A DNA stretch of 64,000 nucleotides from Takakia lepidozioides (GCA_030704615.1 CM060733.1:65162001-65226000), one strand, 5' to 3'; positions 25,031 through 36,497 are shown, counted from the stretch's first letter. Program-made: numbers and translations. Notes: generated by a model not told the origin, from the sequence alone.

Positions 25031-27055
25031 CCGTTGGTATTTGGATATGCCCAAGGGTACTATACCCTATGCAGAAATAGGACTTCATAAGGAATGTGTT
25101 CGCAGGCAGTCAGTGAGTGATGAAGGGGGTATCTCCACTGAAGTCCCTGTTCTTGATCTGGAGCATGCAGAATAGATTGCTACACAGGCCGCTGATGCTG
25201 TAGCCCAAGTGGTCCCTGCCGTTGTGGGTGTACCAAAACGCAAATCACGAAAAAGAAAAGGTGCGGATGTCAATGCAGGTGTGGCTTCTATTGCTGGTCC
25301 TGTTGGTAGTTCTTCACATCCTTCAAATCAGTTGGTTGTAGTGCCTGCACCTACTACTCGAGGAAACAAGCCAAAGGCAGACGAACATCCTTACAGTGCA
25401 GTGTCATTTTCTGGTGGTGCACCTAGCATGTATCGCATGAAGATCATGCCTACTCATTTCATTGATATGGTGGAGGCCTCAAGTACATCTCCTGATGCGA
25501 CCTTGAAAGAGCTCATGGAGTTCTTAAAAAATGTGAGTTTCCCCAACAAACAAACTTGAATGTAAGGAATTCTTCGATGTTTTTATATCCTCATCATCCG
25601 GCTATTGACTCCTACATTTTATGTATGTTGTTTGCAGTTGCCAGGAACTTGGTCTAGTGTTGTGGATGGAAAAAGCGTGCATGTGGCTGTGGACATGATC
25701 ATCGTGGACTGCCCAACAGGAATGCTTGTACATGGCTGTTTGGATGGTGTACAGGTTCCTCCCTGGAATGCTTTTGATAAACGGTATTGGGAGTATGCAT
25801 TCTCCATTGCTAATGACCTGTTGGATGACAATGGATGCTTGGTGTTCTTGCAGGGCTCCGATGATTCCTTTGCATTGGGGCTCTTTTCTTACTCCAGGGG
25901 CAGCTCTATTTCCGTATTATCAAGGAAATATACTTGCATCAATACCACCCCTCTACACACTCAGACATGAAAGGTAAAAATCATCCCTCTTCAATATCTC
26001 ATTGTTTGATGTTTCATCTTCCTATTCTCATACATATTATTAAACCATCCGGGTGCACTGTTTTTGTGGAAATGGCACATCTAACAGACCATGTTCTTCC
26101 ACGCCCATGTCCTCACCAAGCAAGGAGGACTATTCAAACTGCGTGAGTCTGACAAAGTTGTGGACCCCTTTGCAGACCCTGTTGAGTTGGATGCCATCTA
26201 CAACCACATTCCAGATGTTGCACTACCCATGCAAACTCCTCAACAAGCCTGGAGGGGTGCGCGAGACCGTAGTCCCGCCTTCATGCAAGTGTTGTTGGAG
26301 ACATGCTCACCTCCTGGCTCCCGCATTTTGGATCTCACAGCTGGCACATGTTTGCATTGGTCTCCATTTTGTAATTAAAATCTTCTGAGCTGATTCATGA
26401 TCATTAACTGTTATCCGATATAATATCACCATTGCATGTTTTTTTCCTGCAGGTTCTACATTTATTGCTGCCCGCGAGTCTGGACGTCACATATTTGGTC
26501 TTGAGGGGGACCAGACGTTGTATGCAGCACGTCTCTCTGCACTTCAAAATACTCAACCTGTTTTGGTTTCATCTGTGGTAACTCCAACCATTCAACGTCC
26601 TGTGAGTTTGTTGGAACCCCCCGCTCCTAAGGTGGTGCGCAAGCTTGGTCTTCATCTCGGCAGTACTTTCTAGTGAGTATGTCTCGTCTCCATTCCCTTT
26701 GTTGCAATCTCTATATTATTTGCAAAGCAAACCATTCCCATTTGATTTGTTAACATAAGTATACATGTATGTGTGATGCAGTGAGGGGATTGTGCGGACC
26801 ATCTACGATAGTCTACCCCAAAGTCCTCTTTCATCGTTTTATCTACCTTTGTATGCCGAGTCCCAAGCTTTGCATTCAATACATCAACAACGTGATGTAG
26901 GTCTTTCCAATGATCTGTTGTTTGACCGAAGAGCAGCTATTGTTGGACAATCCGTGGATAGGTTGCGTAGAGTTGAGGCTTTCATGGATGTGTATGCCTC
27001 TGAATCACAGGCTTATGACACGGATGATGCAATATCAGCTGATGATGTTATGTAG
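25031..27055 (+). pseudogene. Spliced beta-class N4-cytosine/N6-adenine DNA methyltransferase-like gene (C-terminal half, 5'-truncated)
   Basis: Exons about 25031-25532, 25638-25973, 26088-26349, 26453-26673 and 26782-27055. Motif IV-like VDMIIVDCPT precedes RGARDRSPAFMQVLLETCSPPGSRILDLTAGT-xSTFIAARESGRHIFGLEGD (motifs X, I, II), the permuted order of N6_N4_Mtase proteins. In-frame stops at 25173 and 25968. Confidence 0.75.
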
Positions 27056-28027
27056 GTAATTAGAAATTACATATACAATACATTGTCCTCATTGTCAGTC
27101 TGAATTTTTGGTTATTTTTTATGATACATGTATTTCTCTCTAGTGTAAGGTAAAACAAATGGGGCAAATGACATGGTGTTGAAATCAGATTTCATGTTAT
27201 CTTCCTGTCATTTGATTTATCTATGTAATAGTTTGTACATAGATCTCTACTGCATTTCATAGATCCCTTTACCTGAATGCAAGTTCGACATACACTTCAG
27301 CACTATCAAATTTCATCATTAGTAAGATCAACCCTTATGAGTATTGTGGCATGTTATGTACACACAGGGTGACTATCTTTATCTCATTATAGCGACGACC
27401 GAAGGTCGAGAGCTAGTTTAGCGTAGAGCAGGAATAGGGTGCCATAGTGCCACATCATCGTCGCCACGTGTCGTAGCCACCTGTCGTCGCCACGTTTCGT
27501 ACGTCGTCAATTTCTTTCTATCTGCCCGGATTGCCCGAAAAATCCAAAAATAACTTCTTGAACGGTACTTCGTCGAGACTGACCCTTTTCCTCCCTGCTT
27601 CTGTTTGATGTTCAAAGGAGAGAGAGAGAGAGCGCGAGCGCAATGGCTACATAGGTTGATAAGGCCTGGCATTTAGAACAGGTTTAGATAGGTTTGGCAG
27701 AGCTCGACTGTGCGGAGGGCATTTCTTCAAACGGCGCATCCAGGAGAGCGTTCTCCAGTGAGAATCCCAGGGAAAAAGGTGAGCATATTTATCCTTCACA
27801 ATGGTGGGACAACCTACATATCAAGGTTTAGAGGGTTTACCCCTAGGACGCCTCTCTTTCTTCTTACATGATGTGAAGAAGGTTTTCTGTTCTGCAAAAG
27901 TGGCTGTCCCTGTCTGTATCATAGGTTGTTGTTCCTAAACAGGCCATGAAATTGCATTGCGCAAGGGTTTTTCTTGGTGTTTACAAGGTACTTGGGAGGG
28001 TCTTCTTGGTTTTGGGAGGCCGTCTTA

Positions 28028-28760
28028 TTGATAGCTACAAGAAACCTGCATGAGTAGATGGTCAACTGCAAGCAGCAGCAGGGGCACAATTGATAAAATC
28101 AGGCACTCTCACAATGACCACAGCCTCCAAAAGAGGACCAAGAGAGGGAGTCCACAGGACCTCTTCTGGAAATTCCGGGTATATGAGGACACTATGTGAG
28201 GCAGGGAAACTGAAAGAGGCTCTTCAAATTTTGAACCAAGGAAGCATTTCAGCAGGTACAGATACTTATGTCTGTCTCTTGCATGCGTGTGTCAAGATGA
28301 AAGGCCTGGAAATGGGAAAGCAGGTGCACTCTCACATTACCCAAAGTGGATTCAAACCAAATGTTTTTCTACAGAACACCCTTGTGAACATGTATGTTTA
28401 ATGCGGGAGCATCATGGCTGCACACCAAGTGTTCAACAAAATGCCTGAACAAGGTTTGTTCACATGGAATACAATGATGGTAGGATTTACCAAGTATGGG
28501 TGTGGTAAGAATGCCTTGGAGACATATGAGCAAATGATGCAGGAAGGGGTGACGCCCAACCGGGTCACATTCGTTTGCGTTTGCAATGCATGTGCAAGCC
28601 TGGCAGCCCTGGAAAATGGCAAAGGGATCCATGGTGACATCATCAAAGCTGGAATTGTACCAGGTGTCATTCTGAACAAAACCCTCATGGGAATGTATGA
28701 CAAATGTGGCAGCATCAAAGATGCAAAGGGGGTGTTCGACAATATGGCTGCACAAGATGT
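28028..28760 (+). pseudogene. PLS-type PPR gene fragment with the tail of an upstream PDF motif
   Basis: DSYKKPA*VDGQL...LCEAGKLKEAL...GKQVHSHI...NTLVNMYV*CGS...VFNKMP. In-frame stops; cut by the LINE. Confidence 0.85.
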
Positions 28761-30380
28761 GGCATAGAGATGGCCTATGGTTCCGCCTTTGGTCTTGTGG
28801 GATCAAGGGAAAGATGTGGAGAGTTGTCCACAACTTGTATGCTCACACCAAAAGCTGTGTCACTGTTAATGGACAAAAGTCCAACTTCTTTGACATAGAC
28901 CAAGGTGTAGCTCAAGGATGTACTCTCTCCCCTCTGCTCTTCAATGTTTTCATCAATCAACTCCTCGAGGATGTGGAAAGTGAGGGATTTGGGTTAAGGG
29001 TGGGTGATACCACCATACCAGCCCTTATGTTTGCGGATGACTTCGCAGGCATAGGGGAGACTCCAACCAATCTCCAGGATTTGATTGATTGCGCGAAGAG
29101 ATACTTTGATCTTTGGGGGCTAGAGGCTAATGTCAGCAAATGTGCAGTGGTAGCATTCAACCACAGAGGAGAGGGAGGAAGTGATCTTAAGTGGCAGTGG
29201 GGTAGCCAAGAGATCCCGGTCCTCCCTTCCTACACTTACCTGGGCGTTGAGTTCTCCTCCAATTGTAATTGGGATGCACATATCCGGAAAGTTGTTCAAA
29301 CTGGCAAGGGCAAAGTTCTGGGGCTCACTAAATTTTTCCACTGCAGAGGGGTCAACTCTGAGGTTAAGAAAACCATGCTTTGTCACGTTATTAGACCTGC
29401 CTTGGAGTATGGATCTGCTATATGGGTTGATAACTCCAACCAGGCTAAGTCTCTAGAATCCATTCAAGTGGGGGTGCTTAAGGAGTGTATGTCAGCATGC
29501 TCCAAAACAGCCAATGTGGCTGTTCGGGGTGAGTTTGGCATTCCGTCCTTAAGCTCCCGACGAGATGAATTCAAGGTCAGATGGTGGGGTCAGCTGCAAC
29601 ATATGCCCAACACCAGATATCCTAAGTTAATCGACTCTATATCTTGGAAACAGGACCGCCCTGTCAAACAGGCTAAGTCCTGGCAGAAGAGAGTAGAAGA
29701 GATCCTCAAGGACCTGGACCTGGATCCGCAAGTCTTGACCCTGCTGGATAAATCTGACTTTAGAGGCTGTAGTGTCCTCAGCCATGTCTGTTGCCATGAG
29801 ATTGTCTGATGAAAATGAAGTTAGGCAGAAAACTTCCCTGAACTTGTTTCCAGTCTGTGACATGGGGGAGGACATCTTGGATGACCTCAAGGGTCTACCC
29901 ACTCTCGGCACTAGACTGAAATTTAAACTCAGGGCAGGAAGCCTACCTTTGAACAACAAACTGAAGCAAAGAGGAAAGGGAGAGTGCAATTGCCCGTTGT
30001 GTGGGCAATTTGAAGACAATATTCATTTTCTGATACACTGTCCGGGGTTCTCTCACCAAAGAGACGCTCTCTTCAAATCTATTAAGGGAATTGTGCCTGT
30101 ACCCCTGTTTACCAACTTTGAAAGTCTCGAGGCTGAGCCAAAAGCCCAGGCCCTCCTGAGGCCTAGTTTTTGGGCAAATCACACACAGCAGATTGATGCT
30201 TGTGTGAAGGGATTTCTAGAGGATATCTGGAAAACCCGGATTAATTCTTTATATGGAGGTAAGTCTTACTACCAACGTCAGCCCCTGATAGAGGTAGGTT
30301 CTGTCCCTTTTGTTCCTGCTCAAATTGGGCGCGGGGTCAATGGCCACAAGGCTACGGCAAACAACGTCTTATGAGTACAA
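28758..30380 (+). mobile_element. 5'-truncated non-LTR retrotransposon (RTE/RTEX-like): RT plus C-terminal CCHC finger
   Basis: GVAQGCTLSPLLFNVF, LMFADD, YTYLGVEF, LEYGSAIW. Frameshift near 29780. FKLRAGSL...CPLCGQFEDNIHFLIHCP. 3' end AGGCTACGGCAAACAACGTCTTATGAGTACA. Confidence 0.9.
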
Positions 30381-30475
30381 TCTCTCCCCAACACATTTTT
30401 AAAGTCTTGGGACCAATTCAGAGTAGGAGCTAGTGTGTGATCAGTAGGGTTTGGGTGTTTGCTAGAAAAAATTTA

Positions 30476-33400
30476 GCTGTCATTGTCAGCTTCTAGCAGC
30501 AAGGGCAAGGTCTATGCATTAATGGTGCTGAGTAAGGGATAGCTGAAGGAGAGCAGGGATAGAGTGTGGGTCCAGATTCATCCAAGAGGGATGGATATCA
30601 GGCACAATAGTGCCCATGTTTCCCTGTGGATTGATAGCTACAGGAAACCTGCATCGGTAGATGGTCAACTGGAAACAGCGGCAGCGGCATATTTGAAATC
30701 AGGTGCTCCACCATGGCCACAGCTTCCAAGGGAGGACCAAGAGAGGGAGTCCACAATACCGCTTCTGGCACTTCTGGGCACGTGAGGATGCTATGTGAGG
30801 CAGGGCAACTGAAAGAGGCTCTACAGATTTTGAAGGGTTTCAGCAGATTCAGCAGATTCAGATACTTATGTCTGTCTCTTGCATAAGTGCATCAAGATGA
30901 AAGGCCTAGAAGCCGGAAAACAGGTGCATGCTCACATTATCCAAAGAGCATTCAAGCCCAACGTTTTACTATGCAACACCCTTGTTAACATGTATGTGAA
31001 GTGTGGGAGCATTGTGGATGCACACTGAGTGTTCAACAAAATGCCTGAACAAGGTGTGATCACGTGGAATATAATGATGGCTGAACGAGATGTGATCTCG
31101 TGGAACGCAATGATCACTGGATATGCTCAGCGTGGGTGCGGGATGAAGGCTTTGGAGACCTATGAACAAATGATTCAGGAAGGGTTGAACCCAGACCAGG
31201 TCACATTCGTTTCCATTTTCAATGTGTGTGCAAGCGTGGAAAAGGGCAAAGAGGTCCATGGTGATATCGTCAAAGCTGGAATTGTACCAGATGTCATTCT
31301 AAACAATGCCCTCATTGACATGTATGCCAAAGGCGGAAGTACTGAAGATGCAAAGGGAGTGTTCGTCAGGATGGCTGAACAAAATGTGGTATCATGGAGT
31401 GCTATGATTGCAGGATATGCACAACATGCATGTGGGATTGATACTGCCAATGTGACAACAAGAAAGTATCCCGAAACAGGTAACATAGACGAGGAGAAGC
31501 TGTGGAATGAATACTTTTCTGACCCCAGTCAATGGTGGGACAATCGAGGCAAGAAGATGAATGTCTGTTAGATTACAGAGAGTAGCAGGCGCAATTGAGC
31601 ATAGGAATTGTGGAATTTATAGCCTCCATTCTTCTAAGTTTACTTTCTCTACTGTCCAAAAATCAATCAGAAGGTTCATGGATACAGCAGGCAAGGGTAC
31701 CACCGACAGTTTGGAGGCTGTGATGGCTGCATATGTGTGGGGAAAAAGAAGCTCCTCCTGGAACAGGAGTGAAGGTTGACAGCATCCGCAGGCAAGTCAT
31801 GCACCCTTTCATGTACCCTCCTCTTCTTCCATAGACTTTAAACCAAGGAGGCATTTCAGCAGATTCAGAAACGTATGTCAGAGCAGAAGTTGCGAGATTT
31901 GCTGCTGGACTTAGGGCGCAAGCAACAGGTGCTTGGCATTCAGGTGTATGCCTCTACCTCAGCCAATAGGAATGTGATACTCTTGGATTTTGGATGTTGT
32001 TGCTATCAACCATCTATGCTGCAGCTGGTAATTGGGATAATACTGCAAAGGTGAGAAGAATGATGAAGGTTAGAGGAGTTAGAAAGGAGCCAGGTCGCTG
32101 TAGAAAAACAGAAAAGGAATTTTCTGTTTGCCACCACAGTGAGAAGCTGGCCATTAGTTTTGTGTCTGGAGACGAAAGTAGTGGATCTGCCAACATCTAG
32201 TCCAACAGGTGAAGTCCTGGCAGAACGGGAAGAGGAGATTTCAAGTGCCTGAATATTAGGCAAGAGGAACTGACCCTACTAAAATGAAGTTGACTTGAAA
32301 GTTAATTTGGAAAGCTGATGTGTCCAAGGCCATGTTGGAAGAATGCAGAATGTCCAAACAACAGTTAGGCATAAAACCCTGAACTCATTTCCGGTTTGTA
32401 ACATGGATGAGTGAAGGGCAGCCTTGACACTACTGTAATTTTAACTCAGGGTGAGGTTCAACCTCGAAACTTTCAAAGTTAGTAAACAGAGGTACAGGCG
32501 TATGAGCAAATGATGCATGAAGGGGTGAAGCCCAACCACATCACGTTCGGTTGCATTTGCAATGTGTATGCAAGCCTGGGAGCCCTGGAAAAGGGGAAAG
32601 AGGTCCATGATGACCTCGTCAAAGCTGGAATTGTAGCAGATGTCATTCTGAACACTGCCCTGGTGGACAATATGTATGCCAAATGTGGGTGCATTAAAGA
32701 TGCAAAGGCAGTTTTCAACAATATGCAGGCTGAATGACATCTTCAGAGCTGGAATCGTACCAGATGTGATCCTAAACAATACCTTGGTGGACATGTATGC
32801 CAAATGTGGGAGCATTGAGCATGCAAAGGCGAGTGTTCGACCATATGGCTGAACGAAATGTGGTGTCATGGAACATGATGTTGCAGAATATGCACAGCAG
32901 GGGCGCATGATGGTGGCTTTGGAGACGTATGAGCAAATGATGTGCGAAGGAGTGAAGCCTAGAAAAGGGTAAAGAGGTCCATGGTTGCATCGTCAAAAGC
33001 TGGAATTGTACCAGATGTCATCCTGAACACTGCCCTGGTGGACATGTATTCGATGTGGGTGCATCGAGGATGCAAATGGAGTATGGCTGAACGTGATGTG
33101 GTGTCGTGGAGTGTGATGATTGCAAGATATGCACAGCAAGGGTGCGGGATGGAGGCTTTGGAGACCTATGAGCAAATGATGTGCGAAGGGGTGAAAACCA
33201 ACAACATCACGTTTGTTTGTGTTTGCAATGCGTGTGAAAGCCTGTGAGCTCTGGAAAAGGGGAAAGAGGTCCATGGTGACATCGTCAAAGCTTGAATTGT
33301 ACCAGATGTCATCTTGAACACTGCCCTGGTGGACATGTATGCCAAATGTGGGTGCATTAAGGATGCGAATGGAGTTAATTTCAGCATTATGGTTGAACGA

Positions 33401-34025
33401 GATGTGGTGTCGTGGAACGCGATGCTTGCAGGGGTATGCACAGCAGGGGCGCGGGATGGAGGCTTTGGAGCTCTATTCCAGAGTTTATTGAGCCTGTCAC
33501 AGGCTGTCATTGTCAGCTGCTAGCAGCAAGGCAAGGATGTATGCATGATTTGTGCAGAGGCATGGATAGTTGAAGGAGCAGGGATAGAGTGTGGGTCCAG
33601 ATTCATCCAAGGGGACCGGACTTCAAGCTCCAGATTACCTATGATTCCTTGTGGATCAATAGCTACAAGTAACCTGCATGGGTAGATGGTCAACTAAAGG
33701 CACGTATGTTTGCATTTGCAGTGCGTGTGCTAGCCTGGCAGCCCTGGAAAAGGGGAAAGAGGCCCATGGTGACATCGTCAAATCTGGAATTGTACCAGAT
33801 GTCATTCTGAACACTGCCCAACGCGATGCTTGCAGGGTATGCACAGCAGAGGCGCGGGATGGAGGCTTTGGAGACCTATGAGCAAATGATGTGCAAAGGG
33901 GTGAGGCCAACCACATCACGTTTGTTTGTGATTCCAATGCTTGTGCAAGCCTGGCAGCCCTGGAAAAGGGCAAGAGGTGCATGGTTGTATCGCAAAAGCT
34001 GGAATTGTACCAGATGTGATCTGTA
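30476..34025 (+). pseudogene. Mosaic of duplicated PDF-motif, PLS-PPR and E/DYW fragments
   Basis: IHPRGMDIRH...SLWIDSYRKP near 30577. WNEYFSDPSQWWDNRGKK near 31503. LLSTIYAAAGNW...RKEPG joined to HHSEKLAISF (31994-32160). Repeated GKEVHGDIVKAGIVPDVILNTALVDMYAKCG units. IHPRGPDFK...LWINSYK*PAWVDGQL near 33601. Many stops and frameshifts. Confidence 0.85.
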
Positions 34026-34728
34026 CGATATCCTCGTGGGCAACATCACATTTAAGTTCAGCGAACCTGAAGCAAGCTTCTTCTTTTTTTGGTGGGGGGG
34101 ATGCATTTAACTGTAAGTTGGAACACTAACTAACTGTTGCAGACACTAACTGAAAGTGCAAGTGGGCAGGGCCCTAAGCACTACTCCTCTCTAAGTTGTT
34201 CAATTCAACCTGCTGATCTAACTACTTTCGTGGTTCTCTCGCTCACAGTGTCGCTTGCCCTAATGCCACTAGACAGTAAGTCTCAAACCCTGCACTAGAA
34301 GTCTTGAATATATAATTGTTTGAAGTGACGTGACATGAGCAATTAAGATGGTCATTTCCCAAGGGCAGTTGCAAAACAAACCAGTTGTGAGATCCAGTCT
34401 TTGGGTAGCCAAAGAATTACCGACTTACACACAATACACAAGCAAGGAAATATAGCCATAAGGTTTAACAGTGACATCTTGTTGCAAGTGCAGGTGGAGC
34501 AGAAAAAAATATAACATATTGTTGCATCGCACTTTGCACCTAACTTCCCAACAAAGCGGTGTAGCATCAACCTCGGTCTGAGAGAGACAACCACAGTTCT
34601 ATAGATTAACGTGATTAATTTTACAGTCGCACTCTTAGGGTTTAATTCTCCTAAAAAATCCACCGATATATACTTTCAGCTACCCCCGCCTGTCTATCTC
34701 TCTCTCTACACCATACATACAAACAACC

Positions 34729-35463
34729 ATGTCAACATCAGAAATAGCCGACACAATAGACACTGTAACAGACAAAGACATAACCCACCAAGACATGACA
34801 AACGTGATATACGACAGTTTCGCGTCCAATGACCACCATGGCCTTAAGGTGGGGAACACATGGAAACGCCTGCCCAACAGTACAAACTTCCACAGCACCT
34901 TGTGGAACGTCCCTTCGGACCGTGAAGAAATAGCAATCTTCGTAGGTATTGCAAAATTCCCCTACCTTGGCAAAACCGGGAATTACAGATTCGTGACTTT
35001 CGCCGAAGAACTAAAAGACGCAAAATTCACAATATTGATAGAAGACAGCCATTTCCAGTTCGACTACGCAAATACAATAACGGAATGGTCCGATCATTGG
35101 AAGAGGAGAGGCGAGGACACGAGGTGGATGGGTGAAAACAACATGAGCTTCACGAAAAAGCTCCTAAAAAACAACACAAACAACTCTGGATCGACGTCCA
35201 ATAACAACAAACGTCACAAAACAAACAATGACGGGATGTACAATACAATAGAAGTCCTTAACGAAAATGGCCAAAAAATGGATGGACAATCCGTACGTTC
35301 AGGGGATCTCGTTGCAATCAAGTGTAACATCCGATATTGGATGAATTTCCGTCACAAGAAACACGGGCTTTCATTCCAATTAAAAGGGGTCAAACTGCTG
35401 GCCAAAGCACCAGAAGAGACAGAATCGAACGACGACAACTGGAGCAAAAGCATAGCTTGGTAG
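34729..35463 (+). CDS. Intronless 244-aa protein, putative OB-fold ssDNA-binding protein (gp2.5/DUF2815-like)
   Basis: Intact A-rich ORF. C-terminal VLNENGQKMDGQSVRSGDLVAIKCNIRYW...GLSFQLKGVKLL, then an acidic tail ending in Trp (EETESNDDNWSKSIAW). The family call rests on motif resemblance only. Confidence 0.5.
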   Translation: MSTSEIADTIDTVTDKDITHQDMTNVIYDSFASNDHHGLKVGNTWKRLPNSTNFHSTLWNVPSDREEIAIFVGIAKFPYLGKTGNYRFVTFAEELKDAKFTILIEDSHFQFDYANTITEWSDHWKRRGEDTRWMGENNMSFTKKLLKNNTNNSGSTSNNNKRHKTNNDGMYNTIEVLNENGQKMDGQSVRSGDLVAIKCNIRYWMNFRHKKHGLSFQLKGVKLLAKAPEETESNDDNWSKSIAW

Positions 35464-36497
35464 AGCTTAAATTAGACACTTCTAAACGTTCCATGTAAGG
35501 GCCACCATATTTTATAAAGACCATCCTCCTTCTCCTTTTCAAAAAGTCTATATTTTTCCAATGCATGCTCACAACGGATAATAAAAAAATACTGATTTAT
35601 CATAGTCCAAATCTACTTGTTGTACCAAGATGACCCATGGAAAACCCCTCCAACTCTCTCTCAAGTTCCTCTAGTATGGCCCATCCGTCCGGGCGTCCTT
35701 CTCAGAAGTCGTCGCTAGTAGTGCGGAGCAACGCGAAGCCCTAGTTAGTGTTTCATTTCATTAGTGTTTAAGTCTGAATGGGTAGTGTAGTGGTATGAAC
35801 TAGGCTTGATACCTGACAGGTTGTGGGTTCTATCTCTGATGGACATTATGTTTTTGTAAAATAAAAATGTTTCAGAAGATAGATATATAAATACTGCAAA
35901 ACATATGTAACATGATTAAATGGGTGGTGGTTTGGTAAGGACTATGTTTTTTAAGTTATGAGATTGCGGGTTCGATTACCAATCAATAGTTCTTTTTGTA
36001 AAATTGAGTTCCCTTGCGGGCCATCGCCATTTACTACCCAAATGCGCAGGCAGACCATCTCCATCACATTGTCAAGCTCCCTAGCATTCCCTGAGCATTG
36101 CTCCATTCTGAACTTCAAACTAGACTCCCACCATTGGAAGAGCCCATACCTTCACCATTTGTATCTAACAAGAAGCCGTGCCTCGTCACTTTTCAATTTT
36201 TCGACCTTTTTTCTCATGTTGGAAAGCCATAAAAGCAACATGTTCCTCTCCCATTCCTACACTCACCCATGTGAAGTAATAATACAATGAATATAGAATA
36301 TTCTTATTCCATCCTTTGATATTTTGACTATGGACCCTAAGATTAGATGAATCACAATTTTTTTTTTTTTTTGGGTACCCTTTTTTAAGTGTTGTGCATA
36401 TAAAATTGTTCCTATGCATATCTAAAATTTGTATGCACGCATACATTCCTCCATATGCATGCATTTGTGTGCACATATAGTATAGGCTGCCTCACAA

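Larger units (their letters stand above)
27387..35746 (+). mobile_element. Probable non-autonomous Helentron/Helitron2-like element carrying captured gene fragments
   Basis: 5' TT-ATAGCGACGACCGAAGGTCGAGAGCTA hairpin. Sub-terminal inverted repeat TAGCGACGAC (27390-27399) / GTCGTCGCTA (35708-35717), followed by GCGGAGCAACGCGAAGC and CTAGTT. TT target, no TSD. Joining the flanks recreates a TCATTAGTGTTT repeat pair. Confidence 0.55.

Noticed and set aside
28697-29809. PPR-reverse transcriptase fusion, or a DGR/retron-like PPR diversifier
   Set aside because: The RT is a 5'-truncated, frameshifted LINE RT. The ORF start is PPR sequence read out of frame across the junction, and differences between PPR copies show no obvious adenine-specific pattern.
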